Shown here piece by piece: positions 38,988 to 53,487 of a stretch of DNA of 64,000 nt. The notes beneath the pieces were generated by a model, which ran no database searches, was not told the origin of the DNA, and saw nothing but the letters and a program-made list of their open reading frames with translations. Every line of letters begins with the position of its first letter. The stretch's first letter is position 1. The position numbers were made by a program, and so were the translations under genes. This DNA is from Octopus vulgaris (lineage: Eukaryota): assembly GCA_951406725.2 (NCBI GenBank), contig OX597816.1, positions 148,366,001-148,430,000 on the forward strand, given 5' to 3'.

Positions 38988-39965
38988 GGCGGCGAGCTGG
39001 CAGAAACGTTAGCACGCCGGACAAAATGCGTAGCCGTATTTCGTCTGCCATTACGTTCTCAGCTCAAATTCAGCCGAGGTCGATTTTGCCTTTCATCCTT
39101 TCGGGGTCGATTAAATAAGTACCAGTTATGCACTGGGGTCGATATAATCGACTTAATCCGTTTGTTTGTCCTTGTTTGTCCCCTCTGTGTTTAGCCCCTT
39201 GTGGGTAGTAAAGAAATAGGTATTTCGTCTGCCTTTACGTTCTCAGTTCAAAGTCCGCCGAAATCGACTTTGCCTTTCATCCTTTCGGGGTCGATTAAAT
39301 AAGTACCAGTTGCGCACTGGGGTCGATGCAATCGGCTTAATCCGTTTGTTTGTCCTTCTTTGTCCCTTTTGTGTTTAGCCCCTTGTGGTTATTAAAGAAA
39401 TAGGTATTTCGTCTGCAGTTGCTTTCTAATTTCAAATTCTGCCGAAATCGACTTTGCCTTTCATCCTTTCGGGGTCGATTAAATAAGTACCAGTTGCGCA
39501 CTGGGGTCGATGCAATCGACTTAATCCGTTTGTCTGTCCTTCTTTGTCCCTTTTGTGTTTAGCCCCTTGTGGTTATTAAAGAAATAGGTATTTCGTCTGC
39601 AGTTGCTTTCTAATTTCAAATTCCGCCGAGGTCGACTTTGCCTTTCATTCTTTCGGGGTCGATAAATTAAATACCTGTTACGCACCGGGGTCGATGTAAT
39701 CGACTTAATCTGTTTGTCTGTCCTTGTTTGTCTCCTCTATGTGTAGCCCCTTGTGGTAATAAAGAAGTAAGAAACGTTAGCACGCCGGGCGAAATGCTTA
39801 GCGGTATTTCGTCTGTCTTTACGTTCTTAGTTTCAATTCCACCGAGGTCGACTTTGCTTTTCATCCTTTCGGGGTCGATAAATTAAGTATCAGTTGAATA
39901 CTGGGGTCGATCTAATCGACTGGCCCCTTTCCCCAAAATTTCAGGTCGTGTGCCAAGAGTAGAAA
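38988..39965 (+). mobile_element. Tandem array of five SINE family A units (184-bp period)
   Basis: Full head at 38988; units restart at ggtatttcgtctg (39219, 39403, 39587) and gaaacgttag (~39771); first four carry tail 1, last carries tail 2. Confidence 0.9.
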
Positions 39966-40100
39966 AGAAAAGAATATTCTTTCTTCTATTATTATAAATA
40001 TTCTTCTATTCTTCTTATTCTCCCAAATCTTCTAGATTCCTATATTTTTATTTGGTTCCTTCATTTTCAATTGCTATTAATTATTTATATATCGCTAAAA

Positions 40101-40535
40101 CGAAATGCCGACCGGTATTTCGCCCGTTAGGGCGGCGAGATGGCAGAAACGTTAGCACGCCGGGCGAAATGCGTAGCCGTATTTCATCTGCCGCTACGTT
40201 CTGAGTTCAAATTCCGCCGAGGTCGACTTTGCCTTTCATCCTTTCGGGGTCGATTAAATAAGTACCAGTTACGCACTGGGATCGATATAATCGACTTAAT
40301 CCGTTTGCCTGTCCTTGTTTGTCCTCTCTGTGTTTAGCTCCTTGTGGGTAGTAAAGAAATAGAAATAGGTATTTCGCCCGTCGCTACGTTTTGAGTTCAA
40401 ATTCCGTCGAGATCTACTTTGCTTTTCGTCCGTTTGGGATCGATGAATTAAGTACCAGCGAAACAGTGTTGTCAACGTAATCGACTAGTCCCCAGGCCAC
40501 AAATTTCAGGCCTTGTTCCTTGGGTAGAAACGATT
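40101..40535 (+). mobile_element. Full-length SINE A (40128-40367) nested in an older SINE A with 14-bp TSD
   Basis: ggtatttcgcccgt at 40114-40127 and 40368-40381. Confidence 0.85.
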
Positions 40536-40557
40536 ATATATTTATATATCTTTAATA

Positions 40558-40725
40558 TGTCGGACAGAATGCTCAGCCGTATTTCGTTATGTCACCGAGG
40601 TCAATTTTGCCTTTCGTCACCATCGGGGTTGATAAAATAAGTACCAGTTGAGCACTAGGGTCGATCTAATCTACTTACCCTCTCCCTTGAAACTGCTGGC
40701 CTTGTGCCAAAATTTTGAAAGCATT
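40558..40725 (+). mobile_element. SINE family A, diverged
   Basis: ccgaggtcaattttgcctttc...gataaaataagtaccagtt. Confidence 0.75.
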
Positions 40726-41143
40726 ATTTATCGATATATTTAATTGCTCACTTACCAATTTACTTCACCGCAGTGATCATGATAACTCCATCTTACGGTC
40801 TCCCATTCTATTTCACATATTTGGGATTTTTATTTATCTAATCTCTCAATTGAATTCCCATCGAATTCTTTTACCAAGCTAACACCTGCCAACCGTATTT
40901 CATTGTCAAAATGTACTCTTCCTACACTCTCCTTCTCCCTTCTTACTTTCTCTTTTCTTTTTCATATTTTTTTCTTTCCTTTTTAATTTTCCTTTTTTCC
41001 TTTTCCTTTCTCCTTTCTTTTCCTTCATCTCATCTTCCTTCCACTATCGCAACCTACTTGAGGAGTCGCGCGCGTGTGTGTGTGTGTGTGCGCGCGCGCG
41101 TGTGTGTGTGTGTGTAAGCCACATCACTACCTTCAGTCGTAAA

Positions 41144-41187
41144 TTGCCTGAGGAGTATATGCCCACAGGCGAAACTTAAAGTAGCAA
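41144..41187 (+). ncRNA. Minimal type I hammerhead ribozyme
   Basis: TTGC-CTGAGGA-gtatatgcccacaggc-GAAA-cttaaag-TA-GCAA; core intact, stem II imperfect. Confidence 0.65.
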
Positions 41188-41749
41188 GAGACTGACTCGA
41201 CCAGAATAAAATGATTATATATGTATGTATCTACGTGTGTATGTACGTGCACACGTGCATGCGATTGTGAGAGTATGTGCGAGTGTGTGTGAGGGGGGGG
41301 TGTACGTTCGAGCGCGTGTGTGTGAATTGAGAGTTACCATTGACGGATGTAAAACTGCTAATTATGATGAAGATGAAAGATATAGCTAGCACGTGATATT
41401 TTTGTTAAAGTGCAAACGCACTACGTAATACACGCATGCATACGGATATATAAGCCTTTGTTAACGTAGTAGGAGGATGGTTAGCTTCTATAATCCACTT
41501 GACGTTTCTCAATGCTGTTCGTAATATTTTCTGAATGATATTTCAGTAAAAGGATATCTGCAAAAAAGATGTGGCAGATTATGCACTAACCCTTGAATTT
41601 AATATTTATTTAAGTTTAAATGATAATGGAACCAAAGAATTTTACTTACTTCTGTCGTGGTTCTAGAAGGAATACACGTGCGAATAAAGTCTCCTCTGAT
41701 ATATTTTAAGATCAATCCTTAATAATTCTTTCTCACATATGAACAAAAA

Positions 41750-41935
41750 CTGAAATTTTGAGGGAAGGAACTTATGAATTACATCGATCCCAGTTTCCAA
41801 CTGAGACTTGTTTTATCGAGCCTGGAAAAGATAAAAGACAAAATCAATCTCGGCAGAATTTGAACTCAGAACGAAAAGACGTACGAGATGCCGCTAAGCG
41901 TTTTATCCGGTACTCTAACAATTCTGCCAGCTCGC
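41750..41935 (-). mobile_element. SINE family A, diverged
   Basis: ctcggcagaatttgaactcagaacg...ttctgccagctcgcc is the reverse complement of the head. Confidence 0.75.
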
Positions 41936-42172
41936 CAGATTTAGATTAATCTATAATAAAGTTAAGGCGATGTTGAAAAGAGAAAAGTTCCATGGATTGC
42001 TGTTTCGTTGGGTAATAAGTTTGTCATAAGTTCAGAAACTTCATAAGGATCCTTTAAAAAATATTACCCACTAACTACAATTACCTCCGGATACTTAAAG
42101 AAATATCCATCAAAATTCAGTATTTTGTTAACTCGAAATGTAACATATTACAGCGATGCCAAATGTGTGTGT

Positions 42173-42235
<63 letters not shown>

Positions 42236-43275
42236 TGTGTCTGTGTCTGTGTGTGTGTGTGTGTGTCTGTGTCTGTGTCTGTGTGTGTATGGATAACTTT
42301 ACTGAAAATCATTTTTGCTTAATTTCCAAAGCATGTTTGACATAAGAAACATGTCATATGTATCAGCTATACAAACGTTCTAATTATATTGATTTCTCAC
42401 GTTGTCTCAAAACCCGATATTTGGGGGAAGAAGAAACCATTGATTAACACGTAGTACTTGACGTGTACTTGTGGTATTTGACTACTGATACATCAAAGTT
42501 AAAGTGGACGTCAGCTGGATTTCAATCCAGAATGCAAAGAGCCGTTGCTAAATATCATAAGCCAAGATGTCTGACATTCTAACGACTCTGCCTGTCTACT
42601 TATGTGCAGTCTGTATATGAAACTGCTGTAAAGTTTCATTGTTTATTTCGCATTATTGTTTCGGACCTGAGAGTGTTAATGGGTTTGTTTTGTATGATTA
42701 CTTATGTGATTTAGTGGTATTGCAACGTAAAAGTTTGTATATGACTGCAAGATAAAGAAGAAATAATGTATAAAAAGCAATGCAATAATATAAGTATTTT
42801 CAATCTGTGAAATATTAACCTTGGCAAGGCGATTATCTAGTGTTATCTAGTAGATACATAGCATCTGTTTCAAATATATATAATTAGGGATAAGAGTCGA
42901 ACAGTTTAAATGTAGAATAAGCTCCGTAAAACAAATGGCATCGAGAAAGATTTCACAAAGGCATATCATATCAGTTATGAAAATCAGCAGATGTCTAATA
43001 TTCACATAGGCATAATTGCCTACACATATACAGCGGATGCATTTACATATATAAATAAATATGTGTGTGAGTGTTTGCATAAATGCTATATATATGTGTG
43101 TATGTAAGTATTTATTTATATATATATATCTGTGTGTGTGTATGAACATGCATATGTTCGTTGATGTACACATGTATATATACGTATTGTTGTATGAGTG
43201 TATATATATATATATGGGCCTATACTATGACTACATATATATATGCGCACATATATGTTATATAGATATATATGC

Positions 43276-43359
<84 letters not shown>

Positions 43360-44298
43360 GTACATAGATATATGCATATATATATACGCTTAAATATATG
43401 TATATATTATATGCATATATATATATGTACGTATATAAATGTATATATATATATGTATTATGAATATATATATACATATATAAATATACGTGTGTGTATA
43501 TATATATGTGTGTGTATGTGTGTGCGTGTGTGCGCGTGTGTCTGTGTGTGTGCGTGCATGTATACAGATGCGCGCGCTCTAGAATTCTTTCCTCTTGATT
43601 TCACAACAATTCTATTTAAATATGATTTTTGGCATAGCTTTCTCAAGTGAACTATACGCTTGATAATCAACTTATCTCTACTGCAATAAATGCCGCAAGA
43701 TGTATGGGCAGTTATCCAAGTAGTGAAAGAGATTTAGAAAAGCATATGGAATTACAGGGCAGTGAAGAATATATACATATATATATATATATATATATCC
43801 GAACACCTACATATGCATTCACACCAGCTCAGGCGTACGCACAACCAGACACAAAAGCACATTTATAAACTCATACATGTATAATGGTATATGAAGATAT
43901 ATATATATATACATATTGACATAATGTATATGTATGTGTGTATATATATATATATATATACATATATAGGCATTGTGTATATGTATGTGTGGATACATAT
44001 ATATGTGTGTGTGTGATTGCATGTGGGCGTGTATAAGTAATACGTATATGCGTTTGTATAAAAATTTGTAGGTGCATACACATTAATAAAGGCGTACACT
44101 CACGCACGCACACTCATACACACATATACATACAAAATACTTCCTTACATATGGAGGTATACATGTGCATTTATGTGCATGTGTTTGTGAGTTGCTTTAT
44201 GTATATATGAGTGTATACGTATATAGGTGTGTGTGTGTGTTTGTATGTCTGTGTGAGTGCTTGCGTGTATGTGTGCGTGTGTGCGTGGATAGATAGAC

Positions 44299-44344
<46 letters not shown>

Positions 44345-44608
44345 ATAGATTGGTAGATAGAAAAGTAGAAAGATAAATTCGCACACATGCGAGATAGTGT
44401 GCACACTTTTGTGAATTAGTGCGTTTGAGCAAATGGGGAATACTGTATATATATATATGTGTGTGTGTGTGGTTATGTGTATATATATATATATATATCA
44501 AAAGAATATCTTATACTATTCTACATATACAAAAACAGCCATACAAACAATATGCATACATACATATATATGCTATATATATATATATATATAATACATG
44601 TATATGTT

Positions 44609-44655
<47 letters not shown>

Positions 44656-45423
44656 GTATATATATACATGTATATGTATATGTATGTATTTATGTATATA
44701 TGTATGTACATATGTATGTGGGACTACAACAAGCATAAACATTCCAATATCTCTAATTCTAAGATCAGGTGATATCGAGTAATTTGTATGCATTTGCTGT
44801 TCTGCACTATAATTTAAAGCAGCAAAACCATCCTTAATCCTTGCAAATGCTTCAAATAATATGGAAATTCTTTCGTTACTATAGAAGACAGCGTTTCTGT
44901 TGAATTTCTCCAACCGAATTTCTTTTCTTCTTTCATTTGAAAATCAATCCTAAAACTCTTGGCTTCAGAGATTACGAACATAAGTGGAACGTGCTTCTAT
45001 TTCTAGCCCCGATTAGTACTTGGCTTTTATGATATCAGCTCAGCATCTTAATTGCATTGTTCTGACTCTAGATGGAATAAAATTGGACATTTATTTACAG
45101 GCACACTTACAAACGCGAACAAGCACTTGTACACTCTCTCATATACGTGTGTATATGTGTGTGTGTGTGTGAGTGAGTGTGTACAAGTACACAATCAAAG
45201 ATATATATGTATGTACGTATATATATATATTTATATATATACATATATACACATATATATGCACAAATATATATATGTGTGTGTGTGTTTATATAAATAT
45301 ATATATATATACACATTGATATCTACGTGTATATATGTATATATATATATATATATATATACATATGCATCTATATACATACATATGCATATATGCATAT
45401 ATATATATATCTGCATATGCATA

Positions 45424-45488
<65 letters not shown>

Positions 45489-45500
45489 AATAAATACATA

Positions 45501-45552
<52 letters not shown>

Positions 45553-45649
45553 TAAATATATGCATTCCTATAGATATGTACATATCCAACCACGCATATA
45601 TATATCTATATGCCCATAAACATATATGTATACATACACATACACTCTT

Positions 45650-47430
45650 ACACGCATACTTTCCCGGCCTCTATCCCTATCACGGGAGGTGGTTCAGAGG
45701 TTCCCGAACTTCTCGGACCGGGGGAGACGCGCCCGCTGATTCCTCCAATGTAGCCCTGGACATCTAAGGGCATCAGAGACCTGTTATCGCTCCGCCTCGT
45801 GCGGCTTTCTGCCGCCCGTCCCTCTAAGAAGAGCCAGTCTCCTAATACCACCCTAAACTTTAACTTGTCCATAGATAGTACAGTATCACCCCTTTCCACA
45901 ACTAACCCACGTAAGACAGACAACTACAACTGCCGTTCTGGGATCGAATGCCTGCATCAACCCCGTTACAGAAGGTTTAACGTAGTATTATAAATGCATT
46001 GTCAGCAACATATTGCAAAATTCTACTAGTCATTACACCGGATCGCCTATTAATTTTAAACAGAGTTATTATGCACACCTGACCTCATTTAAATATGAGG
46101 AGCATAGAAATTCTACGTCCCTAGCCAACCACATACCCCATCTATCTGATAAATAGGAAAACACCATATAGGATATCTTGGTCATAATAGATTCTGATGT
46201 CCCATACCAAGCTCCGTGCTCCACGTCGGACTCTACCTGAAAGAAGCCTTCCAAATATTAATAAGTGGTGCGTCATAATTAGTCAATAAACAACACAAAG
46301 CATTTTCTTCATGTGAACATAAGTTCTATTGTACCTTTAGATTTTTCCATAGGTCCAAATACAAGCAAAATCAATACATATAACACTTGCCTATATACAT
46401 CCACATCGTTACAATATACGCACGTGTTTTTTCCCTTTCATGAATCAACGTAAGTATCTAAGAAGCTAACTAGCAGCAATAATCCTTTTTAATTCTCATT
46501 CTATAATACTCTGTAATTTTTAATTCTTAGCTTTTGATTCTTTAATTTTTTATCTTTTATCCATTTGATTGTATTTTTAATCCTATTTATGCTCCCTTAA
46601 GTTAGGCATCTATTTTTAGCTATCCTTACTGACCACTGAACTAAATGACCACAGCGAACCTAGAATTCATCTATTTAATTAATAGTCATAAATGCTTTTC
46701 TCTTCTACTTTTCGAAAACCTTAATGTCCGACCTCTCACCCAGAACTGACCCTAACGAAGAATAGTGGCATCTTATCTTTATCTTTATTTTGATTCTTTA
46801 TTCTGACTTTATTTTATCTTCGCTCTCATTCATTCTTTCCCGCACCTATTCCATTCCTTTCTGATCTCTCTCCTCTCTCTTTTTTCACTCACTCACAACC
46901 CTTATCTGTTTATATTAATGTCTGTCTTTCTCACTCTATATACCGACATGGACCATTTTCATTTCAGCTAACCACTTGATTTATTCCTTTCAACATGGAC
47001 ACAACATTCAAAATACAGCCAAAATGCTACCTGGATTTACCTGGGATTATACTTAAGGACTTATACCTTCATGGAAGTACGGACCAACCTCCATACTCTC
47101 TGGAAGATTATGAGTCGTGAACTTTATATTCCTGTCCTTATTCTTCTATCTGTCTTACTCTTTATTCTTCTATCTACAATTTTATTCTTTTATGAACTGT
47201 AAATTCCCTGTCTAGAACTTTCATACATACCTTGTCTGTGATGACGGAATACTCAGTGTATGAAGATGCTAACCTATCACTTGAGATATCTCAGAAACAG
47301 CTGTAAGACATCCAATAATTAATCGTTTAATTAACTAATTAATTACCTCAAATTCACCTTACTCTAATTAAATAGTCTAAATGACTTGAGATACTTGTCC
47401 TGCCTTTGTTTTTATTGTCCTTTTCTCTCT
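45650..47430 (+). mobile_element. Decayed Penelope-like element (GIY-YIG remnant, long 3' region, hammerhead)
   Basis: NCRSGIEC...NVV(fs)KCIV...YTGSPINFKQSYYAHLTSFKYEEHRNSTSLANHI, parallel to the 62800-63100 domain; hammerhead at 47233-47310. Confidence 0.7.
47233..47310 (+). ncRNA. Type I hammerhead ribozyme, extended stem II (C3 mutated)
   Basis: TGTCT-gTGATGA-cggaatactcag...ttgagatatctca-GAAA-CAGCTG-TA-AGACA. Confidence 0.65.
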
Positions 47431-47649
47431 AATATATGTGTGTGTGTACATATGCATATGTGTGTGTGTGTGTGTGTGTCGCAATATGTGAATATGGTGG
47501 CACGGAGAACCACGCTTGGGTATTTTTAATGATGTTGAGATCGTTTGGGTAGTGCAGATGATGTATCGCTTACCACAGCTTTGGATGGAATTCGGTCAGG
47601 GTGTTTTGAGGCGGATTTTATAATGAAAAACTCTTATACCATTTTTAAA

Positions 47650-48720
47650 CTTTGAACTTGTTCAATTCTCGTAGTGTACTGTGTAGTGTGGAAAGATCAC
47701 AGAAGCCAACAATACTCTAGGTAGAGGTATACAAAGGAAGAGGGAAGAAGGATGATGACATCTGGCTCTCTGAACTGGGAAAGGTTTGAGGATATAGGAA
47801 GTCATCCTGCGAGCGACATCGCCTTTGTTGTTGATGTGGGCGATCCAACTGAGGCGTCTTCAACATTACAACTATGTCTTTGATATTGTTAGATGCCACG
47901 ATCTATTATCCTTTGTTATAAGAATGTGGGCGTATGCGCATCTAACGCTTCCGAAGTGCAAGAGCTCGAATTTTTCTTTGGATAGGATCATGTACTTTTT
48001 CCGCCCTTTGGCTTACAACAATATGATAGTATCAGAGTTCTATTTGATAGTCGTATCCGTTAATAATTTTCTGAAGCTTAGAGTCATCTACGAATATTGT
48101 TATTCTACTGTGTTTGGTCACATGTGTGATGCCACCAGCGGGCCCCAAACAGTCCCTTTGGTTTTACCACCGCGAACATTTGCTGGGCTTGAGTTGACTC
48201 CATCGATAAAAACAGGTCGGTTTCTGTTTACCAGTAAATATTGAGTCCAGTGTAGCAAGTTTCCACAGATTCGATGTTGAACAACTTTAAGATCAAAATA
48301 TTATGGTCGACTCTGCTGAAGGTTTTTCTGATATCAAGCTATACGGCGTGTATGTTTGAATCGTTTCCTAAAGCTTTTAGACTGTCATCAATGCCATGTT
48401 GCTTGAGGATTATACCATAGAAACTCTCCAGGAAGCTAGTTATCCTCGACCTCACTACCCTTTCGACAAATTTGATAATATGTGAGACCGGCCGATAGTT
48501 AACTCCATGTGACCTGCGATTATAGGTTGGGATAGTAAATGTTTCCGTTTATAGCCATATATCTAGTAATTTTCTCCGGAGATTAACAAGCCGAGGTGCA
48601 AATTAGCGTTGGTATTCCTTTGCAACATTAGCAGGGAATGTGTCAGAGCCTACAGTGTTTAATTTCTTAATCGTTGTGATATTATCAGGGATGTCGAAAG
48701 TTATGTCAAATATGGGCATG
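47650..48720 (-). mobile_element. Highly decayed CR1-group RT
   Basis: LNTVGSDTFPA, NYRPVSHIIKFVERVVRSRI, FSRVDHNIL, GTVWGPL. Confidence 0.6.
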
Positions 48721-49619
48721 TTGGGAGATGGCTTTATTAATACCGCCAAAGGGGACCTCAGCTGTAATATTTTTTTTATATTTCGTATCATAAGTAAAAA
48801 TTTTCAGTAAGTGAAATAGATTAATGCTCATATGTACCTCAAAAGCAAACGAAATATATTTATATGCAATCAAAAAAGAAACAAAATACTGGGGATGTAA
48901 ATCCGTTAACCCTCCAAAATTTTCTTTTTTCTTTTTTTTTTTTGAAGACAGAAGAGTAACGTTTTTGCAGAATGCTCGCCATTTCTTTGTTCTCATCAAG
49001 TGTGGTCTTTTTATCTATCGGTTGGTGAATACATAAAATTATTTGAGTTTGCATTTGATGATCTTATTGACCCATTCCTCAATTGCAGCCGTTTCATTAG
49101 TGTTGTGAGTTCTTCATGCAATTCTACGTGTATTATTTTTGTGACTCAAGTTTCCTTATAGCTGCTATTGTAGGTAATGCCGATGGTAGTATTTTAATAG
49201 TTATTTTTTACTCTTTTGATTTTCCTTATGTGAACATATTTTATTTCTTTATCCCCTTGGAGGCTTGCACTTATTTTTGCTAATGAGTCTGATTCATGTG
49301 TGTTTTGAATATGTGCTGATAACTATGGGCAGAAATGTCTGCCAAACTGCTTTACCGTAAAAAAAATGCAATATGCGATATTTCGGAATTGTTAGAATAA
49401 ACAGTTACACTAATCATTAAGCATTGATGAAACTACTATGTGTATTGTGTGGATGTATGCATTTGAATATGTAAGTGTTTACGTGTGTGTGTGTGCGTAT
49501 ACACGATTGCATATAAATAAATAATATATATTGTACATAGGCATGTGCATATAAACATGTATATATTTATATATTGATATACTTTTGTAAACAATACTTG
49601 TTACAGTCACGATATCTTA

Positions 49620-50530
49620 AGAAATATTTCTTAAAATTTATTAACTGTTGGTACGGTAAAAGAACTACTTTGACAACATGTATTACCTAAAAATACAAGG
49701 CACGGCAATGGGGAAGAAAGTCACGCTGATATTTTCTACACTAGTAATGGGACACCTAAAAGAAAAATAAATGTACTCTGTTTAGATTTACTTTCGATCA
49801 ACATTTCCAACCCTATTCAATAGATTTTTGGATGACTGCTTCATATTTTGGAACAAAATTAAAGAGGATTTTACAAGATTCCTTAAATTGATAAACAGAA
49901 TTAATGCATCGATCGCTATATAAATGAATTAAAGAGAACTTCTTTTCTAAATATTCTAATAATTAAGGAAAATGAAACAGTTACAACTAACGTAACAAGA
50001 ACCTGGATGCACACCAATATTTAGATTTTAGATATTGCCACCCTTCCCACAAAAAATGGAAAATACCAATATGTATATGCTCAATAGTTACAGACACAAA
50101 TAGCCGAGAGAAATGATAGGTGGAACTAAATAAGTTCTTTAAAAAACAGAAATACCCACAAAGACCTGAGAAATTATGCCATAACCAAAGCAGAGAAATC
50201 CCAGTTTCTGCCTTACGGAGAAACACTCACACTGAAAGTGATAACAAAACTTTCAGGAACTATAACATCCTACATTCGGCCAAACGATACCTACCAGTCC
50301 ACATCAATCATCGACTGCCCTGTACATGATTAAAAAAATCACGAATCATTAACAGCCAATGACGACCACCAGATCTCAAGAGAATCCTAACGAAGGTGAG
50401 ATTCACATGGGAGAAAGAAACAGTGCAGGTAAATAACTGTGGGCACCCTCGTTGTACGATATGCAAAATAATTTGAGTAAGAAACAATCGAAAAGATTCA
50501 ATAATGGGAAGGATTTGAAAGTAAATGGAA
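49620..50530 (+). mobile_element. Decayed PLE RT
   Basis: KIQGTAMG, TLVMGHL, RFLDDCFIFWNK, YLDFRYCHPSH, ICICSIVTDT; collinear with the 14034 ORF. Confidence 0.75.
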
Positions 50531-50917
50531 GCATGAATAGGGAGCCTCCAAGACTGTGAAGCGAAAAAATATGCTGCAAGTGTAACATCTGTTGGATGTA
50601 TAACTTACAGTATAGTAGCTGTAATTAAATACTTATATGCATAGAGATGCGTGCCCAAAGTCACACTTAGTGCAATATAGACATACACAGCCTTCAAACC
50701 TATACATACTAGAATATAAATGACACTTACAATATAGATGTTTGCGTTTATGGTTATCGAAGTTATTGTAGAAGAGCCAGTGTACCAACAAATCTTTTTA
50801 ACGCATATGCTTGAATTTCATAGAATTTTGAACGAGAATACGAACGCACAAAGTGTGAGCGAGTGTGCGTGTGTGTGTGTGTGTGTGCGTGTGTGTGTGT
50901 GCTTGGCCAACCGTTGA

Positions 50918-50959
<42 letters not shown>

Positions 50960-52049
50960 TTGCAGTGATCTGCCTAGATATATATATATACACATAATTA
51001 CACACAATATATATATAAATATGCGTTAATTTACGCACAAATACACACACATATATATATATGCATGTATGCATGTATGTATGTATCTATGTATGTGTAC
51101 AAGTATATGCAGATGCATACAAATACATACGTAGATACATATACTTTTATGAATATCGTAATTGTGCAAGATAAATGCCTTTCTAATTCTAACTGTATAC
51201 ATAAAACCAAAAACAAAAACTTTATTTCACTGAGCGCTAAGGATTGCTTTCATTTACTTGATATTTTTATTAAGTCTTTTAGCAATCTCTTCTATAGAAG
51301 CCTAAATCTAAAATTATATAAAGGTATCCCAGTGCTTTCTTCAATAATGATGATACGATATCACGGGAAACTGGTGCGGATACATTTTATATGTGTGTAT
51401 ATATGTGTGTTAGCATGCGTATGTTTGTATGATGTTATAATACTAAATAACGATTTCACTTTCTTTCACACTTTAATTTCGCTCTGTTATTTTATTGTCT
51501 TTGTCGATATTTATACTAACCGTTATTTGAGTTTTGTTAATAGCATTAGATCGACAAGAAATAGTGTTACAATTATTAATCGGTAACAAAGTATTTTGTG
51601 TTTCATAAACGATGTATTTCCATTGCTGTGCTTTTACGTATTAATTTCCTCACTTCCGTCGAGTTGTCATTATATCTAAATAAAATATCTAACACGTTTT
51701 CCTCTCGATACGTGCACACTCATACACACCTAGTTATATGAACAAATGTATAAAGATGTGTGTGTGTTTATGTATATGTCTGCCTGTCTATTTGTCTGTC
51801 TGTCAGTTTATCTATATGTATGCATGTAGGTAGGCATGTATGCATGCACTTAGGTATATATACATATATACATACAAACATGTACATATACATGCATTAT
51901 ATATATACACACACACATATATATGTATGTGTGTGTGTCTGTGTGTATTTATGTATTCATGTATGTATGCATGTATGCATGTAAGTACATGTATATACGT
52001 ATGTAAGTATGTATATATATGTATATAGTGTTTAGATTAAAATGACTGA

Positions 52050-52620
52050 CAATTCAATGTTTTATTCAGATTAATGATCTTAGCTTCCTTTTGTAAGCCC
52101 TTTATATATATTTGTTTCATCGTACGTATAGGTATTAATGAAAGCGTTACATAGAGGAATTTCTTGATGCATATTTTGAGTGGGTTGGCGGAAATCAAAA
52201 GCCTTCTCATTCTGCAACTATTAGTAGAAGAATGAGAAGTCGAGAAATAAGAAAAAGTGGAAGGAGACATGATGGGGTACTGAAAAGGTTTTGGCTTTAA
52301 GGGTGTCGTAAAAGGCCTGGTTAGAGGTTCAACCTTCCGAAATCTTTTACAGGTCTTAGAAAAACTTAAGGACTGCTGCAATACGTGTGTGAATCTAATG
52401 TAATATGTTGAATAAAATCATAATTAACTGATCCTCCATTATTTTTCTTTGCCCAAAGCCAGAAACTTTTCAACACCCCGTCGTAGACGCATAGGGGCTG
52501 ATCGTAGAAAAGAAAACGTTTATAATAAATACAAAAATGAGACAAGGGAAGTAACTCAAAGTAGCCTTTGACATATATTTGAATACCATAAACAAACACA
52601 GATATATCAAATACCAAACA
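52050..52620 (-). mobile_element. Possible very old PLE remnant
   Basis: YDGVLKS, NSCRM...NPLKIC, QIYI loosely parallel the 62280 element. Confidence 0.3.
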
Positions 52621-52629
52621 ACATAAGTT

Positions 52630-52870
52630 CTTCCATCAATCTTCTTCGCACACTATCCTTGGGGGAGTTACTAGGGTAGAGTCCTGAGGCACCTTCTAAA
52701 GTATCTATCAGAAGCAATCGTCGTTAGATGTTTCCGGCTGGATTTTCAAGCGTGATCTATTGAGACAATGTATATTATCCAACCATCTTCTTTTTGGTCT
52801 ACCTCTAGGTATAGGGGAGATGATCTGAGCTTGTCCTTTTCCTCAATGACATCTCAAATTCTGAGAATTA
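52630..52870 (-). mobile_element. RTE-type LINE C-terminal remnant
   Basis: PRGRPKRRWLDNI on the minus strand. Confidence 0.45.
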
Positions 52871-53438
52871 TTAATTCTTAAGATTAACAGCCATTCTCCA
52901 GCGAAGTTGATTTAAATGGTCATTATGACACATCCTCTAGAGGGGAAAACTATTTTAAGAAATCACAAATTTAAATTGCATATTTAACATACTTGCATTT
53001 GTCTATAGTTATTATACTGTCGTAAGGCAATTAGGAAAACTATATTAGATACAGGTAGGCGGCTAGTACCAAGTGAGTTAAAATTAAAGAAGACATATAG
53101 TTATCATGTTATTGCTTTGGGTTCAATACAGCCTGTATGTAAACTTTTGTTCAAAGGTTAGTGCTCATCAGTCAAAAATAAGTTTAATTCCGTAGTTTGT
53201 ATTAAAAAAGGCTGTTACATAATAATTTGGGTTCATTCAACTCGGTATATATGTATGAGGTCAGAATTCTATAGTTAAACTGAGTAAGTTGTCTATTGTC
53301 AGGAGCAAACAGGAGACACTAGGGTATTTTCCTACTTTCTTTAACATGAAACCAATGGTAGCCTTAATTCACAAATTCTATCCACCAATGCAGTGTTGAG
53401 CACTCATTTTCATCGTTTGACATTTATGTATGTGTGTG

Positions 53439-53481
<43 letters not shown>

Positions 53482-53487
<6 letters not shown>

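Noticed and set aside
38988-39965. CRISPR-like or tRNA-gene array
   Set aside because: Units are 184-bp SINE bodies with no unique spacers; heads have A/B-box-like motifs but no complete cloverleaf could be folded by eye.
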